A program made the translations under genes and the position numbers. Shown in pieces: positions 40,394-50,556 of a stretch of 64,000 bases of DNA (the first letter of the stretch is position 1; every line of letters begins with the position of its first letter). Below the pieces are notes generated by a model that worked only from the letters and a program-made list of their open reading frames with translations, searched no databases and was not told the origin of the DNA. The stretch lies in contig JBGTLG010000041.1 in NCBI GenBank assembly GCA_041744215.1, forward strand, positions 177,126 through 241,125. The letters run 5' to 3'. This DNA is from Fimbriimonadales bacterium (lineage in GTDB: Bacteria; Armatimonadota; Fimbriimonadia; Fimbriimonadales; ATM1).

Positions 40394-41668
40394 GTGCTAA
40401 GGCACACCGATCTAAGACCCCAGTGGCTCGTCGCGGTCGTTGCCGCGATCGTTATTCTCGCGGCGATGGCCTTCAGCCTAACAGGCGCATTCCCAGGAGG
40501 CGTCTGGTGGCTCGGATTCGGCGCCCTCGCAGCATCCCTCGCGATGATCGGTGCCCTCACCCGGATGCGCTCCGCCGCCCAGGACTGGATCAGGGAACTG
40601 CGATCCGCCAAATCGGAATTGCGCGCTCTCACAGCGGAAATCGACGCTTCCGAACGCAGGATGCAAAACCTCGCCGACGGACTCGACGCGCCCGTTTTTG
40701 TGTGCAGCCGCGAAGGCGCGATTCGCTGGGCGAACGAAGCCGCAAAGAGGTTCTTCAACTTCGAAGACCTCATCGGGCGCACCCTTCTCGAGGTCTCCCT
40801 CAGCGTCGATCTTCAACAGCTCGGCATCCGCGCAGCCCAAGAGGACGCGCTCGTCAGGGGCGAGATCCAGCTGAGCCACCCGCAAGAGCGCATCGTCGAA
40901 ACAAAGGCCTACCCCGCCGCGGATGATCCAGAACTCCTGTTTGTCGTCGCTAACGATATCACCGAGCTTCGCCGCCTCGAACGCGTCCGAACAGACTTCG
41001 TCGCCAACGCAAGCCACGAACTGCGAACCCCCATGGCCTCCATCAGGTCCATGGCGGAGACAATTCTCCAGGACGACGAACTGCCGGAAGAAACACGCCA
41101 GCGCTTTCTTAGCCGGATCATCTTCGAGGTCGACCGCCTAACCGCGCTCTCAGAAGACCTGCTCGTCCTCTCAGCAGCAGAGTCGCAAAAGTCGGCAGTC
41201 GAATCGCTCGATTTCGCAGACGTCGTCCGCTATGTAGCGCAAGACTTCATAGTCCGCGCCAAAGACAAGGGAATACAGTTCGAAGTCGAAGCCCCGGAAA
41301 CGCTCCTCCTTTATGGCGACGAAGGTCAACTGGTCCAAGTGGTACAGAATCTCATGAGCAACGCCGTCCGATATACACAAGAAGGAAGAATCGATGTATC
41401 ACTTCGCACCGACGGCAATGAATCGATCCTCGAGGTCAAGGATACGGGCCTCGGAATCTCGAGCGAGCACGCGCCCCGAATTTTCGAACGGTTCTATCGC
41501 GCGGATCGTGCGCGTTCCCGCGAGACCGGAGGTACCGGCCTCGGGCTTTCCATCGTAAAGCACATCGTCAGCGCCCATGGTGGAACGATCGAGGTCGAAA
41601 GCGAACTCAACGTCGGCTCGATGTTTCGCGTTAGGTTGCCGCTGCGCCGGGGCGATCAGGCGGCATAA
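40394..41668 (+). CDS. PAS sensor histidine kinase (PhoR-like)
   Basis: Two TMs, PAS, ASHELRTP, NAVRY, DTGLGI, GTGLGL. Confidence 0.92.
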   Translation: MLRHTDLRPQWLVAVVAAIVILAAMAFSLTGAFPGGVWWLGFGALAASLAMIGALTRMRSAAQDWIRELRSAKSELRALTAEIDASERRMQNLADGLDAPVFVCSREGAIRWANEAAKRFFNFEDLIGRTLLEVSLSVDLQQLGIRAAQEDALVRGEIQLSHPQERIVETKAYPAADDPELLFVVANDITELRRLERVRTDFVANASHELRTPMASIRSMAETILQDDELPEETRQRFLSRIIFEVDRLTALSEDLLVLSAAESQKSAVESLDFADVVRYVAQDFIVRAKDKGIQFEVEAPETLLLYGDEGQLVQVVQNLMSNAVRYTQEGRIDVSLRTDGNESILEVKDTGLGISSEHAPRIFERFYRADRARSRETGGTGLGLSIVKHIVSAHGGTIEVESELNVGSMFRVRLPLRRGDQAA

Positions 41669-41670
41669 AA

Positions 41671-42225
41671 ATGCTGGGTGGCTGGGACGTCGCAATCTTC
41701 CGCTGGATCAACGACGGCTGGGCGTCGCCCGCGCTCGATCCCATCTTCTGGTTCTTCAGCCTCGGAATAAAGGGTTGGCCGTTGAGGATTTTTCTCATCG
41801 GGCTCGCCGTCTTCTTGCTCGTTCGGGGTCATGCCCACCGCATCGCCGCGCTCGCAGCAATCGCCGCAGCGGGTCTCGCAAACGAAATGTGCGACCTCGC
41901 TAAATGGGCCCACTTCGGATGGAGACCGTCGGCAGACCTACCAGACGTTCGCATTCTTGGCGCAGCGTTGACAAGCTCCGGGACGATCAGCGCGCACTCC
42001 GCCAACATGGCTGCAGTCGCCGTCGTCTTCTGGTGGAGGCTCGGTCCAAAATGGGGGATTCCTTGGGCCGTGGTTGCATTTCTCACCGGCCTCTCGCGAA
42101 TCTATGTGGGTGCCCACTATCCGTCGCAGGTCCTCTTCGGATGGACCGCCGGAATCACCGCTGCCTCGATCATCTGCGCTGCCATCCTCCTCATCGAAAA
42201 GCGAACGCAAAAGAAAGCGGGATAG
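41671..42225 (+). CDS. PAP2 family phosphatase
   Basis: K-x6-RP, SAHS, SRIYVGAHYP. Confidence 0.88.
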   Translation: MLGGWDVAIFRWINDGWASPALDPIFWFFSLGIKGWPLRIFLIGLAVFLLVRGHAHRIAALAAIAAAGLANEMCDLAKWAHFGWRPSADLPDVRILGAALTSSGTISAHSANMAAVAVVFWWRLGPKWGIPWAVVAFLTGLSRIYVGAHYPSQVLFGWTAGITAASIICAAILLIEKRTQKKAG

Positions 42226-42289
42226 GACGAACTGTTTGCCGAGCGGACGGTATACATATGTTCGCGAACGGAGGCTACGCCAGCCACAT

Positions 42290-42907
42290 TTATCGTGCCG
42301 GCAGCAGCTCAAAAGCTGCGGTTAGACGGCTGAAAACGTAGTCCCACGAGGGTTCGTCGTCTTGGGTCGGCAACGTTTCGCTTACATGCGGGAAGCTGTC
42401 GATGAACCTCAACTCGACCGCTTGGACAATACCGTGCTCCTTGAAGACTCCGCGTACGGCGTCGGGTTTGTTTGTCCAGACCTTCAAGTATTTTGTTTGA
42501 TGGACGAAGACCTCTTCCGTAATGCCTCCAACTTGGAACATCACGCCAAATTCTAAGAAGCCGTCGTTTTCCAACTCATAGACATAGGGCTCGAAAACAC
42601 CCAGTGCTGCATCTCGATCGGTGTAGTGGCCAAAAACAGGTTGTTCGCCCTTAATGCCAACAATCGGAGCGGCGATGTCTGGTAACAAGGCGACGGCAAG
42701 CGCTCGGAACACCTTGAAGACTTCTGGCGCGTGGGCGTTCGCCTCGAAATACGCAGAAAACCCTTCGCCGCCTTGTTCGTGCGCCACGTAGCCTGTTGTG
42801 ATTGTTACGTTTTCGAGTTCGGCTAGCTCCGCCTGATAACCTGCGGGCCATTCATCGTCTCGAGGAAAGCGCACACCCTTTGGAAAGACTAATGGCTCAG
42901 TGACCAT
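42290..42907 (-). CDS. Hypothetical protein
   Basis: 205-aa globular-looking ORF from ATG 42907; start uncertain. Confidence 0.65.
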   Translation of the reverse strand: MVTEPLVFPKGVRFPRDDEWPAGYQAELAELENVTITTGYVAHEQGGEGFSAYFEANAHAPEVFKVFRALAVALLPDIAAPIVGIKGEQPVFGHYTDRDAALGVFEPYVYELENDGFLEFGVMFQVGGITEEVFVHQTKYLKVWTNKPDAVRGVFKEHGIVQAVELRFIDSFPHVSETLPTQDDEPSWDYVFSRLTAAFELLPAR

Positions 42908-43149
42908 AGCCAAATCATACTTCGATGTCGAGGTGGATAGGCGATCGTTCAGGACTGCAATTCTGGGCGCCGCGGATCGCACGGTCGGCAACATTCTCAC
43001 CCGGCGGCGGAGGAACAGGTTGACTCTCTGCGCTCTCAAGACTTAACCGGCAGAGACCCTGCACCAGAAAGATGAGGCCAGCGACTCACAAAGCGCAAAC
43101 TAATCTGAGTCGATGAACTCAAGGGACCTCGTTAACAATGTTAAAACGT

Positions 43150-43194
43150 GATGAGTTCGATGACTCCGAGGACTCCAATGAGTCCGATGAGCCG
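43150..43194. repeat. Five degenerate 9-bp tandem repeats
   Basis: GATGAGTTC GATGACTCC GAGGACTCC AATGAGTCC GATGAGCCG, flanked by GTTAACA at 43131 and 43194. Confidence 0.7.
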
Positions 43195-43293
43195 TTAACA
43201 TTCGGTCGTCAACCAAGCAATGAAAAAAGACCGCATTCGGTTCACAAGGCAGACGATCGAGAAGTGGGATGATAGCTTGACCCGATTGAGAAT

Positions 43294-43827
43294 CTATCGC
43301 GGCACGGTCTGAGGACCTTCGAGCTCAAGGTTCCCCAATCCCTGCGCAGGACTGCCGTCTTCGAAAAACTCAACGGTTTCTGCATCGCTGTTATCGCGGA
43401 CCGCTCTGAAGATGCCTTCGAGCAGAACCTGCTCGTCGTCAGTCCCATAGCCTCGCGTGAAGAGGTTGGAAAAATCGAGCCGCAAATTCGCGCCATCGCG
43501 GGTCGTCTTCACAAGCCGCGCATCAGGAGCGATGTTGCTCGCAACAAAAAAACGATTGACCGCATCGACGACAGGATCCTTGCTCGTCGCAGGTTTTGTC
43601 TCTTCCCGCCACTCCACCTTCCCGCCTTGCTCAAAGGGAACGGACACTTTGACCTCGCCCACAGGCGGCGCCTCCGGACCTCCCACGCCCGGCCCGCCAT
43701 CCTCGTGTCCTCGAACATCCTTCGGCGGCCCCGTTGCGACGTAGTAAGCCAACCCGACGACCACCGCCACCGCCGCGACAACGCCAACGATCGTCCAGGT
43801 CGCTCTACCCTCTTCGTTTTGCTTCAT
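43294..43827 (-). CDS. GerMN domain protein
   Basis: TM anchor; IAPDARL, LRLDFS, GTDDE, VEFFEDG; follows the amidase. Confidence 0.8.
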   Translation of the reverse strand: MKQNEEGRATWTIVGVVAAVAVVVGLAYYVATGPPKDVRGHEDGGPGVGGPEAPPVGEVKVSVPFEQGGKVEWREETKPATSKDPVVDAVNRFFVASNIAPDARLVKTTRDGANLRLDFSNLFTRGYGTDDEQVLLEGIFRAVRDNSDAETVEFFEDGSPAQGLGNLELEGPQTVPR

Positions 43828-45394
43828 TGCCTATGTACACCTCGATTCCGCGAACCACTCCTTGGGCGACTCGGCGTCGGAACTCCGGATCCATGAGCTT
43901 TGCGCGGTCAATCTCATGGTTGATATACGCCACCTCCAGCAATATTGCTGGCATCCTGCTGTGCCTTAGCACCGCAAACCCACCCTGCTTGTAGACCTCC
44001 GAATCGCTCCGGGCACCATGATCCGGCAAACCAGTAACCTTCACGACCTCCGCCTGAATGCACTCCGCCAAAGCCCTGCTGTCGGGATCCTGCATGTGAT
44101 AGTAGGTGAAGGTCCCAGAAGTTGAATTAACCACACGATTCGAGTTCGAATGGATGCTGATGAACAGGTGCGCGCCGCCTGCGTTCGCCATTCCAGGGCG
44201 GTCGTTCAACTCGATGAATGTGTCGTCTTCTCGGGTCATCACGACGGTTGCGCCCTCTTCGGCGAGCAGGCGCCCCACGTGCCGGGCGATGTCCAGATTG
44301 ATGTCCTTTTCGAGCAGCGTCCCCCAATTGGCTCCGGGGTCTTTACCGCCGTGCCCTGCGTCGACCACGATAATCTTCTCCGCGAGTCCGCCACCCGAAT
44401 TCTTCGGTCGAGAGATGCGAACCACGAGGTCCGGACCGTTGGCGGCGACATGAATCCCCATGGGTCGCTGCAGTTCGAATCGGAGCGCCAGCCCACCACC
44501 AGGCCGGTCGATGAGGCGGCCGCTCTTGAGTGACCTCGCGGTGAGCTCGGCCATCTGGGCGTTCGGAGCGAGACGCGCGGTCGGCAGGTTCACCCAATGG
44601 ATGCCCGCGGGGTCTCGCCGCACAGCAAACGAACCTGGGGTTCCGCCCTGAAACGGTATCCGAATCAGCGTCTCGTCATCCTCATCCGTCGCAACCACAG
44701 GTGTGCCGACCGTCATCGGAACGACCACCGCTGGGCCGGGCTTGTACGGTTCTGGCGGCACCGAGCGGGCTCCGGTCCAAAAGACTCGGATCGATCCCTC
44801 GGGGGTCATTCCGCCTTGCGGGATGATGAGAGAGGAAGTCTGCGCGACGATTCTCACTGTGTTGGGATCGAACTGCGACATCCTCATATCGCCTGTCGCC
44901 GCGGGCTTTCGATCCGGGTGCATCCGGGCGCCCAAAACATCTACAACCACGCGAGGCGGCGAGTCGAGCGTGAAGACTTTGATGCCCGCAGGTCCTGCTA
45001 AATCCACTTCAACTCCAGAGAGCGTTACGGCGATTCGCTTGACCTCAGAGTAGATCGTGAGCGTCGTGTCCGTTGTCCACTCGGTGAAACCTCCGGCGGA
45101 AGCGATGACCGCTCGCACCGGGATGAACGTTGTCGCCCCGCCCTTTCGCGTGAATGTGTCCACCGACTTTCCCGCAACGACGACACGGGCTTGAGTTCCT
45201 CGGATCGATGCGTTCCAGCCGAGCTTGCCAGCTTCAGCCAACGGAATGAAGCACTCGTCGCCGTGACGCTCTGCGGAGGAAGAGAACACGATCGGTTGAC
45301 CCGAAAAAACGACGGTCGCATCTCGTCGACCATCTTGCGCCGCCGCGATTGCGGCGACGACCGACAGCATTACAATGGCTGTTCGCCTTAACAT
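43805..45394 (-). CDS. N-acetylmuramoyl-L-alanine amidase (AMIN + Amidase_3)
   Basis: DAGHGGKDPGA, EK..NL, ISIHSN, AILLEVAYI; PPRVVVD AMIN motif. Confidence 0.93.
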   Translation of the reverse strand: MLRRTAIVMLSVVAAIAAAQDGRRDATVVFSGQPIVFSSSAERHGDECFIPLAEAGKLGWNASIRGTQARVVVAGKSVDTFTRKGGATTFIPVRAVIASAGGFTEWTTDTTLTIYSEVKRIAVTLSGVEVDLAGPAGIKVFTLDSPPRVVVDVLGARMHPDRKPAATGDMRMSQFDPNTVRIVAQTSSLIIPQGGMTPEGSIRVFWTGARSVPPEPYKPGPAVVVPMTVGTPVVATDEDDETLIRIPFQGGTPGSFAVRRDPAGIHWVNLPTARLAPNAQMAELTARSLKSGRLIDRPGGGLALRFELQRPMGIHVAANGPDLVVRISRPKNSGGGLAEKIIVVDAGHGGKDPGANWGTLLEKDINLDIARHVGRLLAEEGATVVMTREDDTFIELNDRPGMANAGGAHLFISIHSNSNRVVNSTSGTFTYYHMQDPDSRALAECIQAEVVKVTGLPDHGARSDSEVYKQGGFAVLRHSRMPAILLEVAYINHEIDRAKLMDPEFRRRVAQGVVRGIEVYIGNEAKRRG

Positions 45395-45447
45395 AGAACG
45401 TCCTTGTTCCTTTTTAGATTGTATCAACCGGCATCCGTGCCGGTGAA

Positions 45448-46350
45448 CTACTTCGTGGCCTTGCCTGTTGCCTCCATGGCGTGTTCGGCTATGGCCCGCA
45501 GGACTTCGCTCCACCTATCCTGCTCTGCCAATTCTATCTCAACGTCGTCAATTCCGTCCAAGCTGTAGGTGATACGGAATGTCCCGTTACCGGCTGGCTG
45601 TATCGCCGCCATCGGCATTCCTACATTGCATACGAATTCGGCAACTTGAAGGTCGCGTTCGAGTCCGCCCGGTTCTCGCTCATCGTCGGGCACAAGCTCG
45701 ATTCGAATTGGAAGCACAACCGACGAGTCTGGATCCGACGCATAGTTCATCGCAAGAGAAACTTCGATCGTGTGCCTTGCGGTCGCTCTCGGAAGGTCTG
45801 GGCGGTAGCCAGCTACATATCCAAACGGAACCTGATGGTGGACCGAGAGACCGAGGTCGCTTCCGAAGTCGTCGACTGCGCGAAGCACTGCCTGCTCGAC
45901 AGGCGACTTCACGAGGGGAGCGCGCTCTTCCGCGCTGTGCCCTTCAAGCCAACTCAAGATGGAGTCTACGGCGATCTTCGCGCCACGATCGTCAAATGTC
46001 AGTTTCGCGGCGAATCCAGGGAGTTCCAGCCTGAACACGCCCCGACCTCCAGATTGGTCGGCCTCAATGTAGGGCAGCTCAATTCGACGGTAGAGGTCCC
46101 GAATACCTGCGCTAATCGAGTCTGTCTCGAACACGACGATGGGCATAGCGTCCGGGTCGTCTTCCCGGACGAGCGCTGCGAATGCTGGCTTGTTCAGTTC
46201 AACTGCGAGAGTTGAAATGTCAGGGTCTTCTTGAAAGAGACGTTTCCGGGCGGGTCTCAGCGCGAGCCGCGTGCCGGGCACGTTTGAAAAGCAGTCGACG
46301 ACGAGCCGATGCCCGCTCTCGATGATGAGCCTGTTAGGTTGAAATGGCAA
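45448..46350 (-). CDS. Hypothetical protein with a degenerate DUF2726-like C-terminus
   Basis: SPVEQAVL..QVPFG..IEL..ERD..VGMP resembles DUF2726; start uncertain. Confidence 0.55.
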   Translation of the reverse strand: MPFQPNRLIIESGHRLVVDCFSNVPGTRLALRPARKRLFQEDPDISTLAVELNKPAFAALVREDDPDAMPIVVFETDSISAGIRDLYRRIELPYIEADQSGGRGVFRLELPGFAAKLTFDDRGAKIAVDSILSWLEGHSAEERAPLVKSPVEQAVLRAVDDFGSDLGLSVHHQVPFGYVAGYRPDLPRATARHTIEVSLAMNYASDPDSSVVLPIRIELVPDDEREPGGLERDLQVAEFVCNVGMPMAAIQPAGNGTFRITYSLDGIDDVEIELAEQDRWSEVLRAIAEHAMEATGKATK

Positions 46351-46491
46351 TAGAGTCTCCGCTTTTTGGTAAGGTCAGGACAGGACGCCTGCGTCACAGG
46401 GCGTAATTCCAATTGGGAGAAAGCATTTTGCCTTGTTTTGGCGTCCCAATTCAAGGAAGCGGCGACGAATATGAGCCGCAAATGGAGGAAT

Positions 46492-47229
46492 ATGGGAAAA
46501 GGCGTGTTCAAAGCTGGCATGGCGGAGGCGCTCGGCGTCTTCTTTTTGGTGTTCGTCGGCGGATCTGCGATTTGCGTAGACATCTTCTTGACTGAGAGCC
46601 TGAGGCAGCCTGGCATCGGCCTCTTAGGCATCGCCTTCGCTCACGGACTCGCTCTTATGGTTGCCGTGTACATGACGGCGGGGCTGTCTGGGGCGCACAT
46701 CAACCCGGCGGTTACCTTCGGGATGGCGGTTGCAGGGGTGATCGATTGGGGCCGCGCGCTCGCCTACTGGGTCTTCCAGCTCGTTGGCGCTGTCGCAGGT
46801 GGGCTCGGTGTTTTAGCGCTCTTCGGGCGGCTCGTCCCTCGCGACGCCATCCCATACCTCGGTACTCCCCGCTTCGACGCGAGCGAACTGAGTGAGTTCG
46901 CACTAACGCCCGGCAAGGCAATGCTCATTGAGGCGCTGCTCACCTTTATGCTGGCGTTGACCGTGTTTATGGTCGCCGTCGATGGTGCGCGCAAGGGAAG
47001 ACAGATGTTTGGAGTCTGTATCGGATTGGTCGTCACCGCCTTGATTATCGTGGGTGGACCCGTGACGGGTGCGGCGATGAATCCTGCGAGATACTTCGGG
47101 ACTGCCGTCGTTAGCGGTCATCTCAGTCAATTGTGGGTCTACTTTGCGGGGCCGTTGCTAGGTGGCTTGTTGGCCGCTCTAGTCTGGAGGTTTGTTTTCC
47201 GAACTCCCGACGACGTTGCCACTGACTGA
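46492..47229 (+). CDS. MIP/aquaporin channel
   Basis: SGAHINPAVT and GAAMNPAR; GGAGG RBS. Confidence 0.95.
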   Translation: MGKGVFKAGMAEALGVFFLVFVGGSAICVDIFLTESLRQPGIGLLGIAFAHGLALMVAVYMTAGLSGAHINPAVTFGMAVAGVIDWGRALAYWVFQLVGAVAGGLGVLALFGRLVPRDAIPYLGTPRFDASELSEFALTPGKAMLIEALLTFMLALTVFMVAVDGARKGRQMFGVCIGLVVTALIIVGGPVTGAAMNPARYFGTAVVSGHLSQLWVYFAGPLLGGLLAALVWRFVFRTPDDVATD

Positions 47230-47353
47230 TTCCGGAAACCGGATGGCCTGGGCAGAAGTTTGCTGTCCAGGCCATTGTTCCCTTTCGTCCCGGGCACCAA
47301 ATGCCGATGAGAACGGTATAGGGTTTCACAACGTCAAACCCACTAATAACAAG

Positions 47354-48604
47354 ATGAACATTAAAGCCCTCTTCACAGCCGCGCTCGCCTTGGCCATCCC
47401 AGCCGCATTCGCTCAGCCTGTTACACCCGAAACGAAGGAGAAGATTCTCGCCGAAATCTCCAAGTTGATGGCCAACGAGGTGTATGTAGGCGGAGTCGAC
47501 CTGGCGAAATGGGACGAGTACCTCGAAGGCCACCGGGCCGACATCGACGTCGCAGAAAACGGCGAACAGTTCGCCGCAGCGGTCAACCGCGCGTTCGCCA
47601 AGTTCGGGTTTTCGCACATGTCACTCCTGACACCCAGGGCCACCACGACCCAGATGACCGGTCAAAGCGTGGGCATCGGCATCCTCGCCGAAACACTCCC
47701 TGAAGGCGTGCGCATCTCCCGAGTCCTCCAGGGCGGGCCAGCCAGTAAGGCGGGTCTGCTAGTGGGCGAACTGATCTTTCTCGCCGATGGAAAGCCCGTG
47801 AAGGGCCCTGAAAACATCCGGGGGGACAAAGGCACCGTCGTCGAACTGGAGATCCGCAGAGCGGACGGAACCGAGTACAAGGTCACCATCATTCGGGACA
47901 CTTTCAGCGTTCTGATGGAAGATGAGCTTCGGTGGATCGACGACAAGACCGCGATGATCGTAGTCAACACGTTTGCCGTCGGCTACAAACGGCAGGAAAT
48001 CGACGGATTTTTCGAAGAGATCAAGACCAAGGGCGCAGAAAACCTCATCATCGATCTTCGATCAAACGGCGGAGGAAGCACTCTCAACCTCTTCCACCTC
48101 GGCGGAAAAATCCTCCCCGGTGGCACGCCGATGGGCAAGTTCGTCACCAGGGGCCACGCGAACTCGTGGACTCAGAAGTACCCCGACAAGACGGCCAACC
48201 CCGTCGATGTTGCAAAGGAGTTCGGCCTTACCCTTTCCGCCATGGGCCCGAAGACTCCGGTCTACACCGGCAAGGTCGTCGTTCTGACCAGCCCGGCCTC
48301 GGCGAGCGCTTCGGAAATCTTCGCGGCTACGGTCCTCGACCACGCCCGCGGCAAGGTGCTTGGAGCCCGTACCGCGGGGGCAGTTTTGGCGAGCCGTTTC
48401 GCGCGGCTCCCGGACGGGTGGTCGATGCAGATTCCGATGATGGAGTACGTCACCACGAGCGGAAAACGCCTTGAGGCCGCAGGTGTCGAGCCTTCGACGC
48501 CGATCGATCTGCCCGACCTCGGCAAGGATGATTTGGTCGTCAAACGGGCCATCGAGACCCTTCGCTCAATGAGTGCGTGGACGACCGTCGGGTCCGGGGG
48601 ATAA
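47354..48604 (+). CDS. S41 family C-terminal processing peptidase with PDZ
   Basis: GIGI, GGPASKAGL, IIDLRSNGGG, SASASE. Confidence 0.9.
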   Translation: MNIKALFTAALALAIPAAFAQPVTPETKEKILAEISKLMANEVYVGGVDLAKWDEYLEGHRADIDVAENGEQFAAAVNRAFAKFGFSHMSLLTPRATTTQMTGQSVGIGILAETLPEGVRISRVLQGGPASKAGLLVGELIFLADGKPVKGPENIRGDKGTVVELEIRRADGTEYKVTIIRDTFSVLMEDELRWIDDKTAMIVVNTFAVGYKRQEIDGFFEEIKTKGAENLIIDLRSNGGGSTLNLFHLGGKILPGGTPMGKFVTRGHANSWTQKYPDKTANPVDVAKEFGLTLSAMGPKTPVYTGKVVVLTSPASASASEIFAATVLDHARGKVLGARTAGAVLASRFARLPDGWSMQIPMMEYVTTSGKRLEAAGVEPSTPIDLPDLGKDDLVVKRAIETLRSMSAWTTVGSGG

Positions 48605-48694
48605 CCTCGGAGCTCGGGGCCGACACCCAGCCGAGGCATGGTATTCTCATGCATCGAAGCCCGGGCATTTTCCGGGTTCCAAGGAGAGAGTTTC

Positions 48695-49300
48695 ATGCCA
48701 GAAGTTAAGGTAGTCACGCCAACCCCGTTAGCCGACAAGGTCTTCACGACCGAACGCGTAGGCATCAGCAGGAAAACCCATGAAGAGCACTTCAAGCTGT
48801 TCCAGGGCTACGCCAACAAAACCAACGAGATCAGGCAGGCGCTCGCTGATCTCGGCGCAGATCCGAGCAAGGCGAACCAGATCTTCAGTCAGATCCGGGC
48901 GCTGAAGGTCGATTACACGTTCGCTTACGGCGGGTTCGTCAACCACGCGATCTACTTCGACATCCTTGGCGGCGATGGCGAGCCCACGGGCGATGCCCTG
49001 GCGATGATCGAAAGGGATTTCGGGTCCTTCGACAACTGGAAGGCCGACCTCAAAGCCACGGGGATCGGTGGTCGAGGCTGGGTTTGGACCGCTTACGACC
49101 ACGAGGAGAAGACCCTCTTCAACTACATCGGCGATACGCAGAACACCTTCCCAATGTGGGGCTGCACGCCAATCCTCGCGCTCGACGTCTACGAGCACGC
49201 CTACTACCTCGATTTTGCGACCGCCAGAGCCGGCTACATCGACGCGTTCCTCCAGGTTATAGACTGGGAGGCGGTCAACGCGCGGCTCGCCGGGGTGTGA
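48695..49300 (+). CDS. Fe/Mn superoxide dismutase
   Basis: HEEH, NHAIYF, GRGWVW, LDVYEHAYYLD. Confidence 0.92.
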   Translation: MPEVKVVTPTPLADKVFTTERVGISRKTHEEHFKLFQGYANKTNEIRQALADLGADPSKANQIFSQIRALKVDYTFAYGGFVNHAIYFDILGGDGEPTGDALAMIERDFGSFDNWKADLKATGIGGRGWVWTAYDHEEKTLFNYIGDTQNTFPMWGCTPILALDVYEHAYYLDFATARAGYIDAFLQVIDWEAVNARLAGV

Positions 49301-49302
49301 GA

Positions 49303-49452
49303 GATTCGCCTAAGCGGTCGGTGGGGCAGCTCTGAGCTGCCTAACCGTGGGTTCGCCTTCGGGTGATCTGAGGCCGGGTACTGGGTTTCGCCGTTGCTGC
49401 GCCTCCTCAACTGAGCCTGACTGAACTTCGGGTAGTAGCCGCTGTGCGAATC
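49303..49452 (+). ncRNA. Candidate structured RNA
   Basis: Closing stems GATTCGC/GCGAATC and AGCGGT/GCCGCT, several internal hairpins, two cTTCGg segments, many G-U pairs on + strand. Confidence 0.4.
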
Positions 49453-49469
49453 ATTTGTTAAAAAAGCTC

Positions 49470-49498
49470 TTGGATCTGTTGAAAAACCATGATATACT
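49470..49498 (+). promoter_or_regulatory. Sigma70 extended -10 promoter for prepilin paralog 1
   Basis: TTGGAT-17 nt-TATACT with TGn, A/T-rich upstream. Confidence 0.55.
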
Positions 49499-49610
49499 GC
49501 CATTTGACGTAATGTTGGCAGGCATTATGCTTAGTGTCTGCAGTGTTTGATGCGTAGCAGCATCTTTGGTTTGATTGCCTGGATTGATAATTCCTATAGG
49601 AGGAAATGAA

Positions 49611-50492
49611 ATGATGCGACGAAGAGCATTCACGCTCATCGAATTGCTGGTGGTCATTGCGATCATCGCGATTCTTGCGGCGATCCTGTTCCCGGTGTTC
49701 GCAACCGCCAAAGAAAAGGCGAAGCAGACTTCTTGTCTGAGCAACAACCGGCAGTGGGGTGCCTCATTCCAACTCTATCTTGGTGACCATGACGACACCT
49801 GGCCTCTGGCTATGTCGACCACTGGCACCACCTACCGGTGGAACTTCAACCACGCAGTCCCAGCTGACTGGCGCTCCGACCAGGGTCCCCAGTACGCCGA
49901 GGAAATGCGTGTTCACTGGTCAAACGCAATGCAGAGCTACATCCAGAACTACGGCATTTACGAATGCCCGTCTGGCCCTGAGTTCCGCCACGGCGTGACC
50001 TACACCGGTCTCACTGGCCCTCGACCTCGCCGCGTTGGCTACTCGTACAACGGACTGTTGCACTCGTACAACGCGTCTGGCGTCGTCTCCCCGTCGGAAC
50101 TACTTGTTCTTTGGGAAGGCCGAGGCAAGGCCAACTCGCTCGGCTTCGCCCTATCGAACCCGACGCTGGCGTGCACCCAGGCTACGACCGACCCGATCCC
50201 CTGTATTTACCGGCCAGGCGCAGCTCCGGCTGGTGCGATGTTCGTGCTCAACGGCACGCTGTACATCCACAACAGGGGTGTCAATGGCACGTTCGCTGAC
50301 AGCCATGCCAAGTGGCGCCGGCTCGGCGCTCAGACGGTTGGACCGCCTCCGTCGGTCTCCTGTGGCCCGCCGTTCACCGACTGGCGCGTCGACCCGTACA
50401 CGGGCTACGCGACGAACGGTATCCCGGCATGCTACTGGTTTGATGGCTTCCACGCGTGGCTATTCAGACCGGCCTACGACTTCAGCCTCTAA
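49611..50492 (+). CDS. Prepilin-type N-methylation / DUF1559 / H-X9-DG protein, paralog 1
   Basis: [47 protein letters not shown]. Confidence 0.93.
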   Translation: MMRRRAFTLIELLVVIAIIAILAAILFPVFATAKEKAKQTSCLSNNRQWGASFQLYLGDHDDTWPLAMSTTGTTYRWNFNHAVPADWRSDQGPQYAEEMRVHWSNAMQSYIQNYGIYECPSGPEFRHGVTYTGLTGPRPRRVGYSYNGLLHSYNASGVVSPSELLVLWEGRGKANSLGFALSNPTLACTQATTDPIPCIYRPGAAPAGAMFVLNGTLYIHNRGVNGTFADSHAKWRRLGAQTVGPPPSVSCGPPFTDWRVDPYTGYATNGIPACYWFDGFHAWLFRPAYDFSL

Positions 50493-50510
50493 GCTGCTGT
50501 CGTCTGAAGA

Positions 50511-50556
50511 AGATGTGCGCGGCCTGCTTCGGCAAGCCGCGCACGTCCGTTTTTTG
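50511..50556 (+). terminator. Rho-independent terminator
   Basis: GATGTGCGCGGC...GCCGCGCACGTC stem, TTCG loop, T6. Confidence 0.8.

Noticed and set aside
43105-43200. CRISPR array
   Set aside because: Units are 9 bp with no spacers, and there are no cas genes.
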